Made by a program: the position numbers and the translations under genes
The notes under the pieces: model-generated
What the model saw: only the letters and a program-made list of their open reading frames with translations
Told to the model about the DNA's origin: nothing
Databases searched by the model: none
Shown here: positions 51,847-63,215 of the stretch, piece by piece
Layout of the letters: each line of letters opens with the position of its first letter
Numbering within the stretch: the first letter of the stretch is position 1
Source of the DNA: Octopus sinensis
Taxonomy: Eukaryota
NCBI RefSeq assembly: GCF_006345805.1
Contig: NC_043016.1
Coordinates: 31,062,001 to 31,126,000 of the forward strand
Length of the DNA: 64,000 bases
Direction: 5' to 3'

Positions 51847-52684
51847 CTCTAGACTATGCTGGCTTGCATTATTGTTTTGTTTTCTTGTATAAAAATTAAA
51901 CCCACAGCAATATCTGGCTATTTGCTTCGCATAGTTTCCAAACTTTGATGCCCTATTTTGCAGGTTTACCTGGCATATACTGTTAGAAACTTGACCTTTA
52001 TATCACACCATATCTTCATCAGTTGATAGCTGTCATTCTGGTTTGTGTAATATCTTTTATAAGTGCTTTGAACACCGAAGAAGAGAGCTAGTTTTAAATA
52101 AGTAATCATCATTTTTTTCCCTACTTATTGTTGTACTCCTAGTGTCTCATATGTGCAAGCATTAAGATAATTTCAGAAAGCACATCTATGTCATAATACT
52201 AAAAACACATAGGTCATTGACTGAATGGTCCAGTAATTTGTAATCCTGGACAACACTTCCTAATGCCCATAATATTTATTTCAGAAATGCCCAAATTTCT
52301 TTCTGGTATGTAAGAGTCCACAAACTATCATTTTTTTTTCTTTTACTTATACTTTGCACACTGGTTTGTTAACGAAAATACATTTAAAATTTGAAAATCC
52401 TTACTCTATTCTCTTTCTGGTAGAGACTTAGCACTTTTTTTTTATCAGAGCGGTCATCAGAATCATTACTTTCATTATTAGAAATGAAAATATTCAATTC
52501 TCCATCATGCATATAGTTATGCTTGTATATTCATTTGATTTTTTTCAAATATCCTTCAGATTTACAAAAAGAATCTTGCAAACGAGATACAAAAATGAAG
52601 GTATTATAATGTTGGCAATTTGAAACCAAGATCCAATTGACTTTGGTTTATCAATTTTAATAATTCCTGAAACTCTGTTGATTA

Positions 52685-52990
52685 CAATGATGAGAGTTCC
52701 AGTTGCTCCAATAAATGGAACAGCCTGCTCATGAAATTAACTTGCAAGTAGCTGAGCACTCCACAGACACACATACCCTTAATGTAGTTCCCAGGGAGAT
52801 TCAGCATGACAAAGAATATGATAAAGCTGGCCCTCTGAAATACAAATACTATTCATTTTTGCCAGCTGAGTGGACTAGGGTAACATAACATAAAGTATCT
52901 TGCCCAAGGACACAATGCCATCAAGAATCGAACTCACAATCTTACAATTGTGAGCCAAATACCCTAACCACTAAGCCATGCACCTTCACC
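52685..52990 (-). mobile_element. tRNA-derived SINE (family B-like head, different body)
   Basis: - strand head gtgaaggtgcatggcttagtggttag...gagttcgattc, then ccttgggcaag and ccactcagctg. Confidence 0.75.
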
Positions 52991-54024
52991 TTAATAATAA
53001 TTTGCATATAACAATTGTACAAGTCGTGTTACAAAGAACTATTATTAATGCAACAGAAAATGCATGGCTCAGCCATCTTAATGGGATTAAGCTTAAACCT
53101 TAAGAGATAAATGAATAGTGAAAGATATTTAATCCAATGTTGTAATGTTTCTACTATTCAGTTAAAAAAATAATTGTTAATAATTATTTGTAGGATGATA
53201 CTTATATTCCTCCATGCTCCAAGGTCAAATCATACTATGGTCAAGTTTTGTCTTTCATCTTGCTTGTTCAATAAAACATGCCTCAATATTATTATACTGG
53301 CATTTATCTCTATTACCTTAAATGAAAGTGGCTTTGTGCCTGTGAGAAACTATTATTATTACTGTTATTATTTTTTTTATTGAGTGAGAAAGCAGTGCAT
53401 GATATCAAAGTGACACTGGAGTAAAATATACAAAGCCCAGTATATGCATCATGACTACCCGTCTGATAAGGGTATCAGGCACATGCATCATAACCATATG
53501 TACATGACATGGTGTTCTCATATCAAGATAAATGGCACATGACCTTGCAGGTGGGGCCCAGTTAGAATTTTCTTCAGGTTGAATAGTCCTTGTTCAAAAG
53601 GTCCCTGAATAAGGTTTGTTTAAGGATGTTGAACAAAACACCCATGTTTCCAGAGGTGAATTATTCAAACCCCAAAGAATTCCTCTCAACATATGGCTAT
53701 GCTGTTCCCTCACTACTTCAGGTTGTGATCAGAGATGCACATATCATCATGCCACTAAGGGACATGCTCAACTGGTTACGGTCAAGCAACTGACAAGCAA
53801 ACTCTGTGGTTTTGAGTTGAATATTTGCTGTAACCCATCTTTTATACCAAGACAAAACAATGTACATGATAAAACTTCCAGTCAGTTAAGATCAGAAGCC
53901 ATGAGAGCCACTGTCTGGTACTGCATCAGGGCATTTATTATCATCATCATCATTATTATAAGATTGCCTGCTTTAATTACAGTCAATTTTCTAACTTCTG
54001 TGAGTATATTTGCTTTCCTTTTAG

Positions 54025-54150
54025 GCCGAGAGAAAAAAGGCCGAAAGAATAAAGAAGACAAGGAAAATGGAAATGAAGATGTTCCTAGTCGGCCATCAGG
54101 TCCGGCTACATTGTTTGATTATCTAGAAACTAAGATACCTATAAAAGAAG
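54025..54150 (+). CDS. TDRD3: TDRD3 coding exon 9 (GREKKGRKNKEDKENGNEDVPSRPSGPATLFDYLETKIPIKE)
   Basis: ttttag/gttagt boundaries, phase 1 to 1; RPS.P.TLFD.LE.K motif conserved in TDRD3. Confidence 0.93.
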
Positions 54151-54379
54151 GTTAGTTTATTTCACTTCAGTCCTTATTGTATCAGAAATTATGAAAATTT
54201 CAATTAATAATTTTTCATCATTATTGCTACATATTGTTGATAGAAAAACTGGGGTTTTTTTCCCCCTTCTTTTTGTTATTTTTGTTCATCTTTATTTCAA
54301 AAACCATTTGATTATTTATGTTGCAAATAAGCAAGTTATTAAAAATTGAATGAATCCAATTTATTTTTATTTGCTACTT

Positions 54380-55575
54380 AATCTTGACACTGCCATATCT
54401 GATTCTTTTTCCCAAACTTTGTAAGGCTGATAAGTCTCTGTAATTCTCATTTTCTAGTTTTATCAATTCTGAAACAATAGGATGTTGATCTGTTAGATTG
54501 TAAATAACAGATAGCAAAACACACAAGTCCAATTTTTTAAATTCCTACCTCTCTCTTCAGGGATCTACCCTGATTTTTAAAAACTCAGTGTATGTCTCAT
54601 CTCTTAAGGGAAACAATCTCTTTTATCCTACCAACTATTGCCACTGTTAAATCTCTAAAGAAATGGAAACGGCCATTAAAAACACCTTCTGACAACTTGT
54701 ATCTTTCTCTCTAACTTACTGACTACCATTGCAGTTTCTATAATGCTAAATTCAATGGGGACCTACTCTCTTCATCAACTACAAAAGGGTTCTTGCCTTA
54801 GAGAAATTTGGTGAAATCAGTGTTGTAACCCTCAAAAGCTTTTGATAATGTCTGCCACACAAAACTCCCAAGAGAATTTTATACCTATGGGCTCCACTCT
54901 TGTCTTAGATTAGTTACTTCTCATTAGATCACACTATCGCCATATGTGTTGGCTGAGCTCTTTCTGTTCTTCATTTTATCAACTCTGATGTCTTCCAGGG
55001 GTTCAGTTTTGCTCTCTGCTTTTCTTCCTGTAGATCAATGGTTTACTTATCTACATTCTTACATAGCTGACACCACCTTCTCTAAAATTTCCTAATCATT
55101 CATCAACCATTCATAACCTAGGTACAGCATGCCAATTCACACTGACTTCGTGAGCAGAAAGACCTTGAAAGCATCCTCCAATTGGTGTATACCAATCTTG
55201 TCTCTTTCAACAGTATGAAATGCTATTCATATTCATGAAAGCACAATTGTAGTACTCAGAGTTTTTAAAAATCATTGTGATTGTTAGGTTTCACTATCTC
55301 CAAGGATATCTCCTGATAAGAGCACATATTTAACACAACTGAGACCACATCCCAACGACTGGTCCTTCTCTTCAGAGCCAGAAGATACTTCAGCCTTAAC
55401 AATTATTGATGTTGTCCACAGGTCAGCTGAATTAGTGTTATTGATGCACATACAGATGTTTTAGACTCCATATGTAGAAAAGTATGATCTAACTATTTGG
55501 TATAAAGTCATTCTCAAACACATTCCAGCCTCTGGCCCACAGGTGCATTGTTTCCTCTCTCTCTGCCTTGTCTAC
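54380..55575 (+). mobile_element. Highly decayed LINE RT relic (CR1/L2/Jockey group)
   Basis: Remnants KAFD.V.H (aaagcttttgataatgtctgccac) and INS.V.QGS.L (aactctgatgtcttccaggggttcagttttg). Confidence 0.5.
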
Positions 55576-56007
55576 TTTTGTTAAAATGGCTATATATGGT
55601 CAAAATCTGATTATAGAGGTATCTCCTTGTTGAGTCTCTCCAGAAAGTCTACACTAGGTGTTTGAATAAGAGATGTAGGTAAATTGTAGAAGTCAAACTT
55701 GCTAAAAATCAGTGTGGCTTCCATCCTGGATGCAGTACAACCAACCAGATATTCACTCTATGGCAGGTCTGTAAGAAATTGGCTGTGTGGTAAGTAGCTT
55801 GCTTACCAACCACATGGTTCCGGGTTCAGTCCCACTGTGTGATCAACATTTTAATATCCTAAAGACACTAGTAACAGTAAAATAATTTAATCCTGTTTGA
55901 CTTTGGCATCGAATCTTATCAAGTAAAAAGTCTTGCTGACTGAACCTTAAATCTTCTGGCATAAATATAGTGTCAGTCATAAACAAACTGCACTAATATG
56001 TTAGCAT

Positions 56008-56310
56008 ATCATCATCTTCTTCAGTTAATGTCCATTTTCTATGCTGGCATGGGTTGGATGGTTTGAGAGGAGCTGGCAAGACTTGGAGCTGCACCAGGCA
56101 CCAGTTTCTGTTTTGGCATGGTTTCTATAGCTCGATGCCTTTTCTTATGTCAACCACTTTATAGAGTGTACTGGGTGCTTTTTATGTGGGAATAGTATGG
56201 ATGCTTTACACATAGGAGCAATACAGGTTCTTTCTACATGGTACCAGCACAGGTGCTTTCTGCACAGCATCAGCATGTAAAAAGCACCCTTGCTGGTGGC
56301 ACCAGCAAAA
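56008..56310 (-). mobile_element. RTE 3'-tail fragment
   Basis: (ATC)n then atgctggcatgggttggatggtttg; similar tail fragments also at ~7210, 7990, 24925, 39340, 49830, 62700. Confidence 0.8.
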
Positions 56311-56514
56311 TGAAGTCAAATTACATAGTGCACCAAGGATAAAAGACTCCAAAATATGACAGAACCAGTGTGCCTGTCCTTTTTCCACGTTCCTTAGCTT
56401 TTTTTAAAGTTTCTAAAATACTAGTCAATAATTTTGAGTGCTTAATTTCTTTTCATATGATGCAGCATTTTTCTAAGATGGTTTAATTGTTATGTATTAC
56501 TTTTTATATTTTAG

Positions 56515-57785
56515 ATTCGAAGACTCACACTGAAAGTAAAGTTTCTGATTCTAAAAAGGATGTGGTCTATGATAATAATAATAAATCAGATTATGATGGG
56601 CGCCAAAATTCAGATAATAGAAAGAGTGCTGGTAACCGTAGAAACAACCTTCCACCTCGATTGTCTGGTAAAGCCAACAACTCTGATTCAGCACAAAGTA
56701 ACAGTAATACTAACCATTCTAGTCATGGACATAGCAGTAATTATACTAGTAATAACTATAGTGCTAATAGTTATTCAGGTGGTCATGGATTTAATAACAA
56801 TGATAATAGTAGCGGCAACAATAGCAACATCCACTCTTTTAATTCTGGGTCAAATTCAGGGTACCCTGCCACCGCTTATTGTCAAGATTATAACAACTCC
56901 AATCACTATCAGCAGAGATATAACTGTAATTCAAGCCATGGTAATTATAACAATACTTTGGTGCCTAATAATTCAGCAAATACTAATCATAATTATAACC
57001 AACGTGGTTATAACAAGTATGAGAACACCAGTAGTACACTGGTTGGTAGTAGCAACCGTTCTGGAGGACAAGATCAGAATCATGTACTGAATAATAATAA
57101 TAATAACCCATCAACTCATTATAATCATCCTCATCAGCAGCAGCGCTATAATAACCATGCCTCAGTTCAAGGAAATACTAACAACCGAGCTGTTTTCCAT
57201 CAAGGTTATCACAGTGACCTTAGGCAAGCAGGGATGGTATCTGGTCCCACTCCCCGACAAACAAGAAGCTACTGCCATAATCAAGGTCATACACAACAAC
57301 ACACACCATATTTCAATGTAAGCTCAGGACCAACTCAACAGCAGCAGCAGCATCCATCACAGTCAGCACACTATTCTAATGATGTAAATGCTAGATATCC
57401 ACCCTACAACCAGAAGGACGTCCACCAACATCATCAACAACCTCAACATCCTCCTCAACACCACAATGTGAGTGGATCTCTTGGGGCTGAAAACCCTAAT
57501 AAAATCATGAACAGGGACTTTCAGCAACAAATGTTTTCACCTGTTGCACATGGTCAAAAGATGTTAGATAATCTGAACATGAGCGAAATTACTGATGTTG
57601 ATCCAAGACATGTCATCAGTTATGATGGAAGCAATGGACGAAATAACTATTCATATAATACAGCTAACCGTCCAAAAGGTGGTGGCATTGGTAGTAGTGG
57701 AGGAAGTAATTGCCATAAGAAACAAGTTGATATTGATTCTTCAGATTTGAAGCATGAAAGAAAAAACAACCCTTCTCCAAATGTG
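56515..57785 (+). CDS. TDRD3: TDRD3 coding exon 10, 1271-nt low-complexity N/Q/H/S/G-rich disordered region
   Basis: Lies within the 442-aa ORF 56487..57815; ttttag acceptor (phase 1) and GTG|gtaagt donor (phase 0) fit the flanking exons. Confidence 0.9.
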
Positions 57786-58959
57786 GTAAGTTTTCACATT
57801 CTACTTTGTTCCTAGTGTCTTGTAGTTTGCCATGTTTGAATTATAAATTGTTGTTTTTGTATTAGTTATGAGTTAGTAACTTGCTGTTCTAGTGCAAATT
57901 TATCTTACTCAATGGTATATGTTATAAAGCCACATAAATCTGTTAAAGATCAGCATTTGAATTTGGCAGATGCTCGCTCAAGAAATATTTCTTAGAAGAG
58001 ATATCAAAAACAACTTTGATAGGTGATGAAAAAATGGTAGAAACACTGTAATATGTGGATGTGAAAATAAAAGGCACATTGAAATTTTTAGTAGTTTGAA
58101 TCTTTTACTCTGTATAGTAACAAAAGAGATATGGATGGGTGTTGTTGACTGGATAATGGATCCAGCTTGCATCCAAATAAGAAATAAGGTAGTGGTCTTT
58201 AGAATGCAATTCACATTAGAGGAGTCAGTGAATTCACTTGTTCTGAGTTTGAATTTTACTGATAACTACTCAACTATCATATTTAGAGGCTTAGAAACAG
58301 ATTATTTTTTGCTTGTCTGATTTGACAAGTGCAGTTAGTTGAAAACCCCATGTGCCAAATGCTAGTAGGTTTCAGAGGGTCATCAGGAGAGAATGTACAG
58401 CATTTCAGGCTTTCTTCTCCACAATTTTATAGTGCACCAGCTCCCACTCACTTACATTAGGCCCTGACTACTCGACCGACTGGCTAGTGTCAGATCCTAA
58501 GTCCATTTTAGGATCATCAGCACCATTCAAATTGTGGAGTCATGCAAGTCTGACTTACCATACAGGCAAACAAGGTACATGCTTCACACCCACGAATCTG
58601 TTTGTTCTAATCAATTGCTTTAAAAAGGATTCATGACTTTAGGGTCTAAATCTATTTTCTTAAAGAATTCTGTGTAAAGAATTAATTAACCCATTTGATA
58701 TGAACTTGCCCTGGACCATCCCTCCTTCTGTGATACAACATTATTAGGTTTAAAGAGTTCATATACATACTGAAACATTTCATCATAATTATGTAAGAAT
58801 ATTTTTTCTTAAAATATTTTCCAAGCTTAAAGAATTAAATGAACTACATGGATAGTTTTATTTTCCTATGAAGGGAGTGTTGTGCTTGATAAATTAGTTT
58901 TACTAGTAAATGTTTAAATGAAAATTTCTTATTAACAAAAACACTTTTCTTTTTCATAG

Positions 58960-59022
58960 GTTAATATTCATAGTTGGCGAAATGGAGATCATTGCTTAGC
59001 AAAATACTGGGAAGATAAAAAG
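58960..59022 (+). CDS. TDRD3: TDRD3 coding exon 11, Tudor domain N-half (VNIHSWRNGDHCLAKYWEDKK)
   Basis: ttttcatag/gtcagt boundaries; W..GD.C.A.YWED Tudor motif. Confidence 0.94.
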
Positions 59023-59339
59023 GTCAGTTTTCGTTCAATTCAAATAAAATCTCATGTTGTTTACTCTGTCATATATATTTGTTAGTTGTATTGATAATAA
59101 GAGTGTAGAAATAAAGGTTTTTAGTTTGAACTGTGTCAAGTATTATGTGTATATTTTCAAGAACAAGACATCTAATGATGTTCAGAGATCAACTTATTGG
59201 AGATGTAGTGTAGATGTAATTATTGAAAGGTGTTTCATTTCTAAAGATGATTGCTATTCCAAAAATCATAATTGCAATAAAAGATAGATAGATGGACAAA
59301 TGGAAGGACTTAATGAATTAATACTAAAGGAATTCAGAA

Positions 59340-60080
59340 CCAGGAACACAAATCATTATGGAGAATAATCAAGAAAGAGTTAAAGTTACACAGAGAATTC
59401 AATGCTAACATGATGCTGTAAATATTATATAAGTTAGCTAAAAGGAATTTAAAAAAAAATGTTGTATTGCATTTGTGGAGACAAGAGATCAATAATTCAT
59501 TTTGTTTATTAAGACCAGACTCACAACTCAGGATTTCTAATGCCTTCATATAGCATAAATTACAAACTCCACCCACTTTATAAGGAAGTGTGGTACAGAT
59601 AATCAATCATATAATAGGGTAATTAATGTTGCTAATTTTGAAAGGCCAAATAAATTTATCAGAGAAAGTGTCATGTCATTTTCTTTTATTATTAAAAAGA
59701 ATGTTTGTGATTATTCCATCTGGATTTTAATTTACATGACACCATGACATCAGATGTTTGAACAGAACATTTGCATTCTGAATTTGCTTTGAGGCACTCA
59801 TTACTTAAAGGGCACCTCCAGTTACACATACAATTTCGTTTATTAACTAGTGAAATATTATTAGTTGTATTGGCATTAAAATTATTATTAGGTGGAGACT
59901 CTGAATCAGTATTATTTATACTGGACACAGATATGTTATTAACAGAGGAGAAAGATCTGCCACCAGAATAATTAAAATCACCTGTGCTATCCTTAATATT
60001 ATTTCATTTTTTCTTGTTGATACTGCTAGATTAGGTGTGTTAAATTTGGTAATTTTACAATGTTTCTATTAAACATTTTT
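59340..60080 (-). mobile_element. Penelope-like element relic (GIY-YIG endonuclease region)
   Basis: CNWRCPLSNECL, KSRWNNHKHSF, YKVGGVCNLC...LNKQNELLISCLH match the CNC..CPL..CL / R..NH..SF / CNLC..LNK..EL...C.H pattern of PLE C-termini. Confidence 0.75.
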
Positions 60081-60398
60081 TGTACTTGCTTTTTGGGGAA
60101 AGTGGTTTATAGTGGTTTTCCAACATCCAGAAGAAAATCCTGTGCACATGGGGTGTTCTTTGAAGGCCAAAGGGTCTGGAGGTTAAACTATATAATATTC
60201 CACTTGCATATCCCATTTTACCTATTATCATTGTTGGGCTGAGTAGTATTTCCAGATTTAGAGTTACATGTTCTACTACTATCATAGTGTGCAAGTTGAT
60301 TGCCTTGTAGCTTGGCATGTTTATATTTAACTTTACATCCTCTTAATAGGTAAAGTTCATGGTGATTAGTAATCCAGAACTTTAATCTCACAGCTATT

Positions 60399-60545
60399 TT
60401 AACTTGTTAGCATTTAAACTGGTCATATCTGGACCAAATATTCTACGTGCTTTATGTTCAAACTGACCAGATCTAACCTCTCACACCTATCCTACAATGT
60501 CATTCTGAAAATATACAAACGCACCATTGAATGCTAAAGGGTTAA
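60399..60545. mobile_element. piggyBac-type MITE (related relic at ~27560-27750)
   Basis: ttaacttgttagcattt ... gaatgctaaagggttaa: TTAA ends and inverted termini. Confidence 0.6.
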
Positions 60546-60612
60546 TGATCAAAAATGTTTTAAAAGCAATTTTCAAATGTCTAACGTATTGTTTTTCTTT
60601 ATCTCTACACAG

Positions 60613-60735
60613 TTTTATCCTGCTGTTATTGATTATGTTGCTCCTGACCATCCAACCTGTGTAGTCACTTTTCTAGAATATGGTAACTTTGAAGAAGTTA
60701 TGCTAGCTGATGTAAAACCAGTTTCTAAGAGCTGG
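60613..60735 (+). CDS. TDRD3: TDRD3 coding exon 12, Tudor domain C-half (FYPAVIDYVAPDHPTCVVTFLEYGNFEEVMLADVKPVSKSW)
   Basis: acacag/gtgagt boundaries; FY.A.I and V.F.EYGN.EEV Tudor motifs with aromatic-cage residues; gene continues past this donor. Confidence 0.95.
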
Positions 60736-60791
60736 GTGAGTTAGTATAAATACAATTTGAATTTTCTCTTATTTATTTTCTTCACCATATA

Positions 60792-61193
60792 GGCGCAGGA
60801 GTGGCTGTGTGGTAAGTAGCTTGCTAACCAACCACATGGTTTCGGGTTCAGTCCCACTGGGTGGCATCTTGGGCAAGTGTCTTCTGCTATAGCCCCGGGC
60901 TGACCAATGCCTTGTGAGTGGATTTGGTAGACGGAAACTGAAAGAAGCCTATCATATATATGTATATGTATGTATGTATGTGTGTGTGTGTGTGTGTGTC
61001 TGTGTTTGTCCCCTTATCATTGCTTGACAACTGATGCTGGTGTGTTTATGTCCCCGTCGCTTAGCGGTTCGGCAAAAGAGACCGATAGAATAAGTACTGG
61101 GCTTACAAAGAATAAGTTCCGGAGTCGATTTGCTCGACTAAAGGCGGTGCTCCAGCATGGCCGCAGTCAAATGACTGAAACAAATAAAAGAGT
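60792..61193 (+). mobile_element. SINE family A, best-preserved copy
   Basis: tRNA-like head with A/B boxes, CORE-like block, internal (TA/TG)n, 3' half ending gtcaaatgactgaaacaaataaaagag. Confidence 0.9.
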
Positions 61194-61741
61194 ATCATTT
61201 TATGGCCACTTTTCCTAATAATATGGGTGGATGGCTTATAGTCTACGTCCGTTCTTACCATGAGTTACCATCCTGCTAGATGGGTAGGAGGGCCATAAAG
61301 GGCCTTTTTATTTTATGCGTTTTCTTCTTGTTTGTCAGTTGGTTTAATTTTTTCTTGTATCATGACACTAGCACAAGAAGGTTACTTTATACACTATGTG
61401 AGTATAGAATCCTGACCACTACACTCTAAGATGTGTATTCCACTCAAGACAATGTGATCGCAACAGTGACTGAGAGAGAGAGAGAGAGAGAGTAATAATA
61501 GAATAACAAGAATGAATGGGGGGTGGGGGACAGAAGAGGAGTGTAATGGTAGAAACAGTGTTTGAGGGAGAAGGCAGAATATAATAAATAGTAATAGAGG
61601 TGGACAGTGGTAAGGGTAAGTAATAGATGACAATAAGTGCCCAAGAGAGAGTGAGTGATGGAGAGATGTGTGACAAAGAACTGGTGTCAACTATGTGAAT
61701 GTAGATTCAGCATACCTCCATACACACTCACACACATATAT

Positions 61742-62085
61742 GTGAAGGTGCATGGCTCAGTGGTTAGAATGTCAGGCTCAAAATCATGAGATAATGAGTT
61801 CAAATCCCATATCAGGCTGTGTGTTGTGTTCTTGAGCATGATGTTTTATTTCACCTCAATCCAGTTCACTCAGCTGTAGAAATGAGTTGTGACATCACTG
61901 GTGCCAAGCTGTATTTGCCTTTGCTTTCCCCTTGGATAATATTGGTTGTCATGGAGAGTGGAGGCTGGTGTGCATGGGTGACAGCTGGTCTTCCATAAAC
62001 AACCTTGTTTTTGGAGTTGTACCTAGGGAGGGTAACTTTCTACGTACAATCTCATGGTCATTCATGCCTGAAAGAGATCTTTACC

Positions 62086-62088
<3 letters not shown>
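61742..62088 (+). mobile_element. SINE family B
   Basis: Head tggctcagtggttag / gagttcaaatcc; homologous copies at 26245, 10788 and a 3' fragment at ~3160-3260. Confidence 0.88.
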
Positions 62089-62118
<30 letters not shown>

Positions 62119-62120
<2 letters not shown>

Positions 62121-62536
62121 ATAAACAGGTAAAATGAATGATATCAAGTTAGATTATGACATATCTTTAATCATGAAGATTGAGTAGTTTGAAGAATACA
62201 GGTCATAAGGAAGTAGGAAGTAAGGTGTGCAGATAGTCTGTTACAGCTGTTTCAAGAACTGAAGTGCAGATGGTGCATCTGTGCAAAGCAGGTAGCTATT
62301 CCATCATCAGACAATAGAACAGATCAGTTATATCTCATTCTTCCTCCGATGATAGCATAGATTACTACTATATGGATAGTTACATTTTGTTTGCAGGGAA
62401 ATGCACCATCTGCGCATCTGTTCTTGAAACAGCTGTAAGTAACCTTCTGCGTATCTTCTTACTTCTTAATCAACACTTATGTTTGAATTTATAAATGTCA
62501 TAACCAAACCTGATAGCAGTTTTACTTGTTTATACT
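62119..62536. mobile_element. Penelope-type fold-back element with hammerhead-like cores
   Basis: Inverted arms (gtataaacaggtaaaa / ttttacttgtttatac; ttacagctgtttcaagaac / gttcttgaaacagctgtaa; gcagatggtgcat / atgcaccatctgc). Confidence 0.65.
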
Positions 62537-62929
62537 TTTTTGTTGCACACATATCTGCTTAATTGATATGCTGCTCATTGACGATTGTTATTAAGTAATT
62601 ATAACATCCTTGCTTTTAGTGGCAGTTCAAGTTAGTGTTTTAAGTAGCAAGCCAACTATAAACAAAAAGTGTATATACCTATTTACTTTATCTCATCAGA
62701 TGGCCTGTAAAAGGCACCCATGCCAGTGACATGTAAAAGGCACCGGTACACTCTGTAAAGTGGTTGGGTTTAGGAAGGATGTCTGACCATACTTTGCTAA
62801 CTAGATTATCTAATGAAATTCTTCAATAAATGAATTTTCATTGTAGATATATTTATAAACAAAAAATTGATAGCTTTGGATTCTCTGGCAATTGTTTTTA
62901 TCATCAATTTTGAAAAAATTTGCTTCATA

Positions 62930-63215
62930 GCATCTTGAGCAAGTGTCTTCTTCTGTATAGCCTCAGGCCAATCAAGGCCTTGTGAGTGGATTTGGTAGAT
63001 GGAAACTGAAAGAAGCTCCTCATACGTACATATATATGTATATATATATATATATATAGGGAGAATTCACAAAATAAAAAACAAAAGACTAAGACAGATG
63101 GTGTAGACAACAAACAGATGTATGAGTATAATGCTCGGGAAATGAAAAAGTCTTTAACACTTCGAGCCTACACTCTGTGTTTATGTCCTCTTAGCTTAGC
63201 AGTTCAGCAAAATAG
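62930..63215 (+). mobile_element. SINE family A fragment with a Penelope pLTR-like piece in its internal microsatellite
   Basis: catcttgagcaagtgtcttc...gaaactgaaagaagc, then 63058-63176 related to the reverse complement of 47570-47757. Confidence 0.65.

Noticed and set aside
53616-54024. 5' part of the 179-aa ORF
   Set aside because: Open by chance through intronic repeat-like DNA; only 54025-54150 has splice sites and TDRD3 similarity.
56560-57090. 176-aa Ile-rich overlapping ORF
   Set aside because: Alternate frame of the AAT-rich TDRD3 exon 10; no independent evidence.
60792-60865. tRNA gene
   Set aside because: A/B boxes are present but there is no convincing cloverleaf, and it continues into a multi-copy SINE body.
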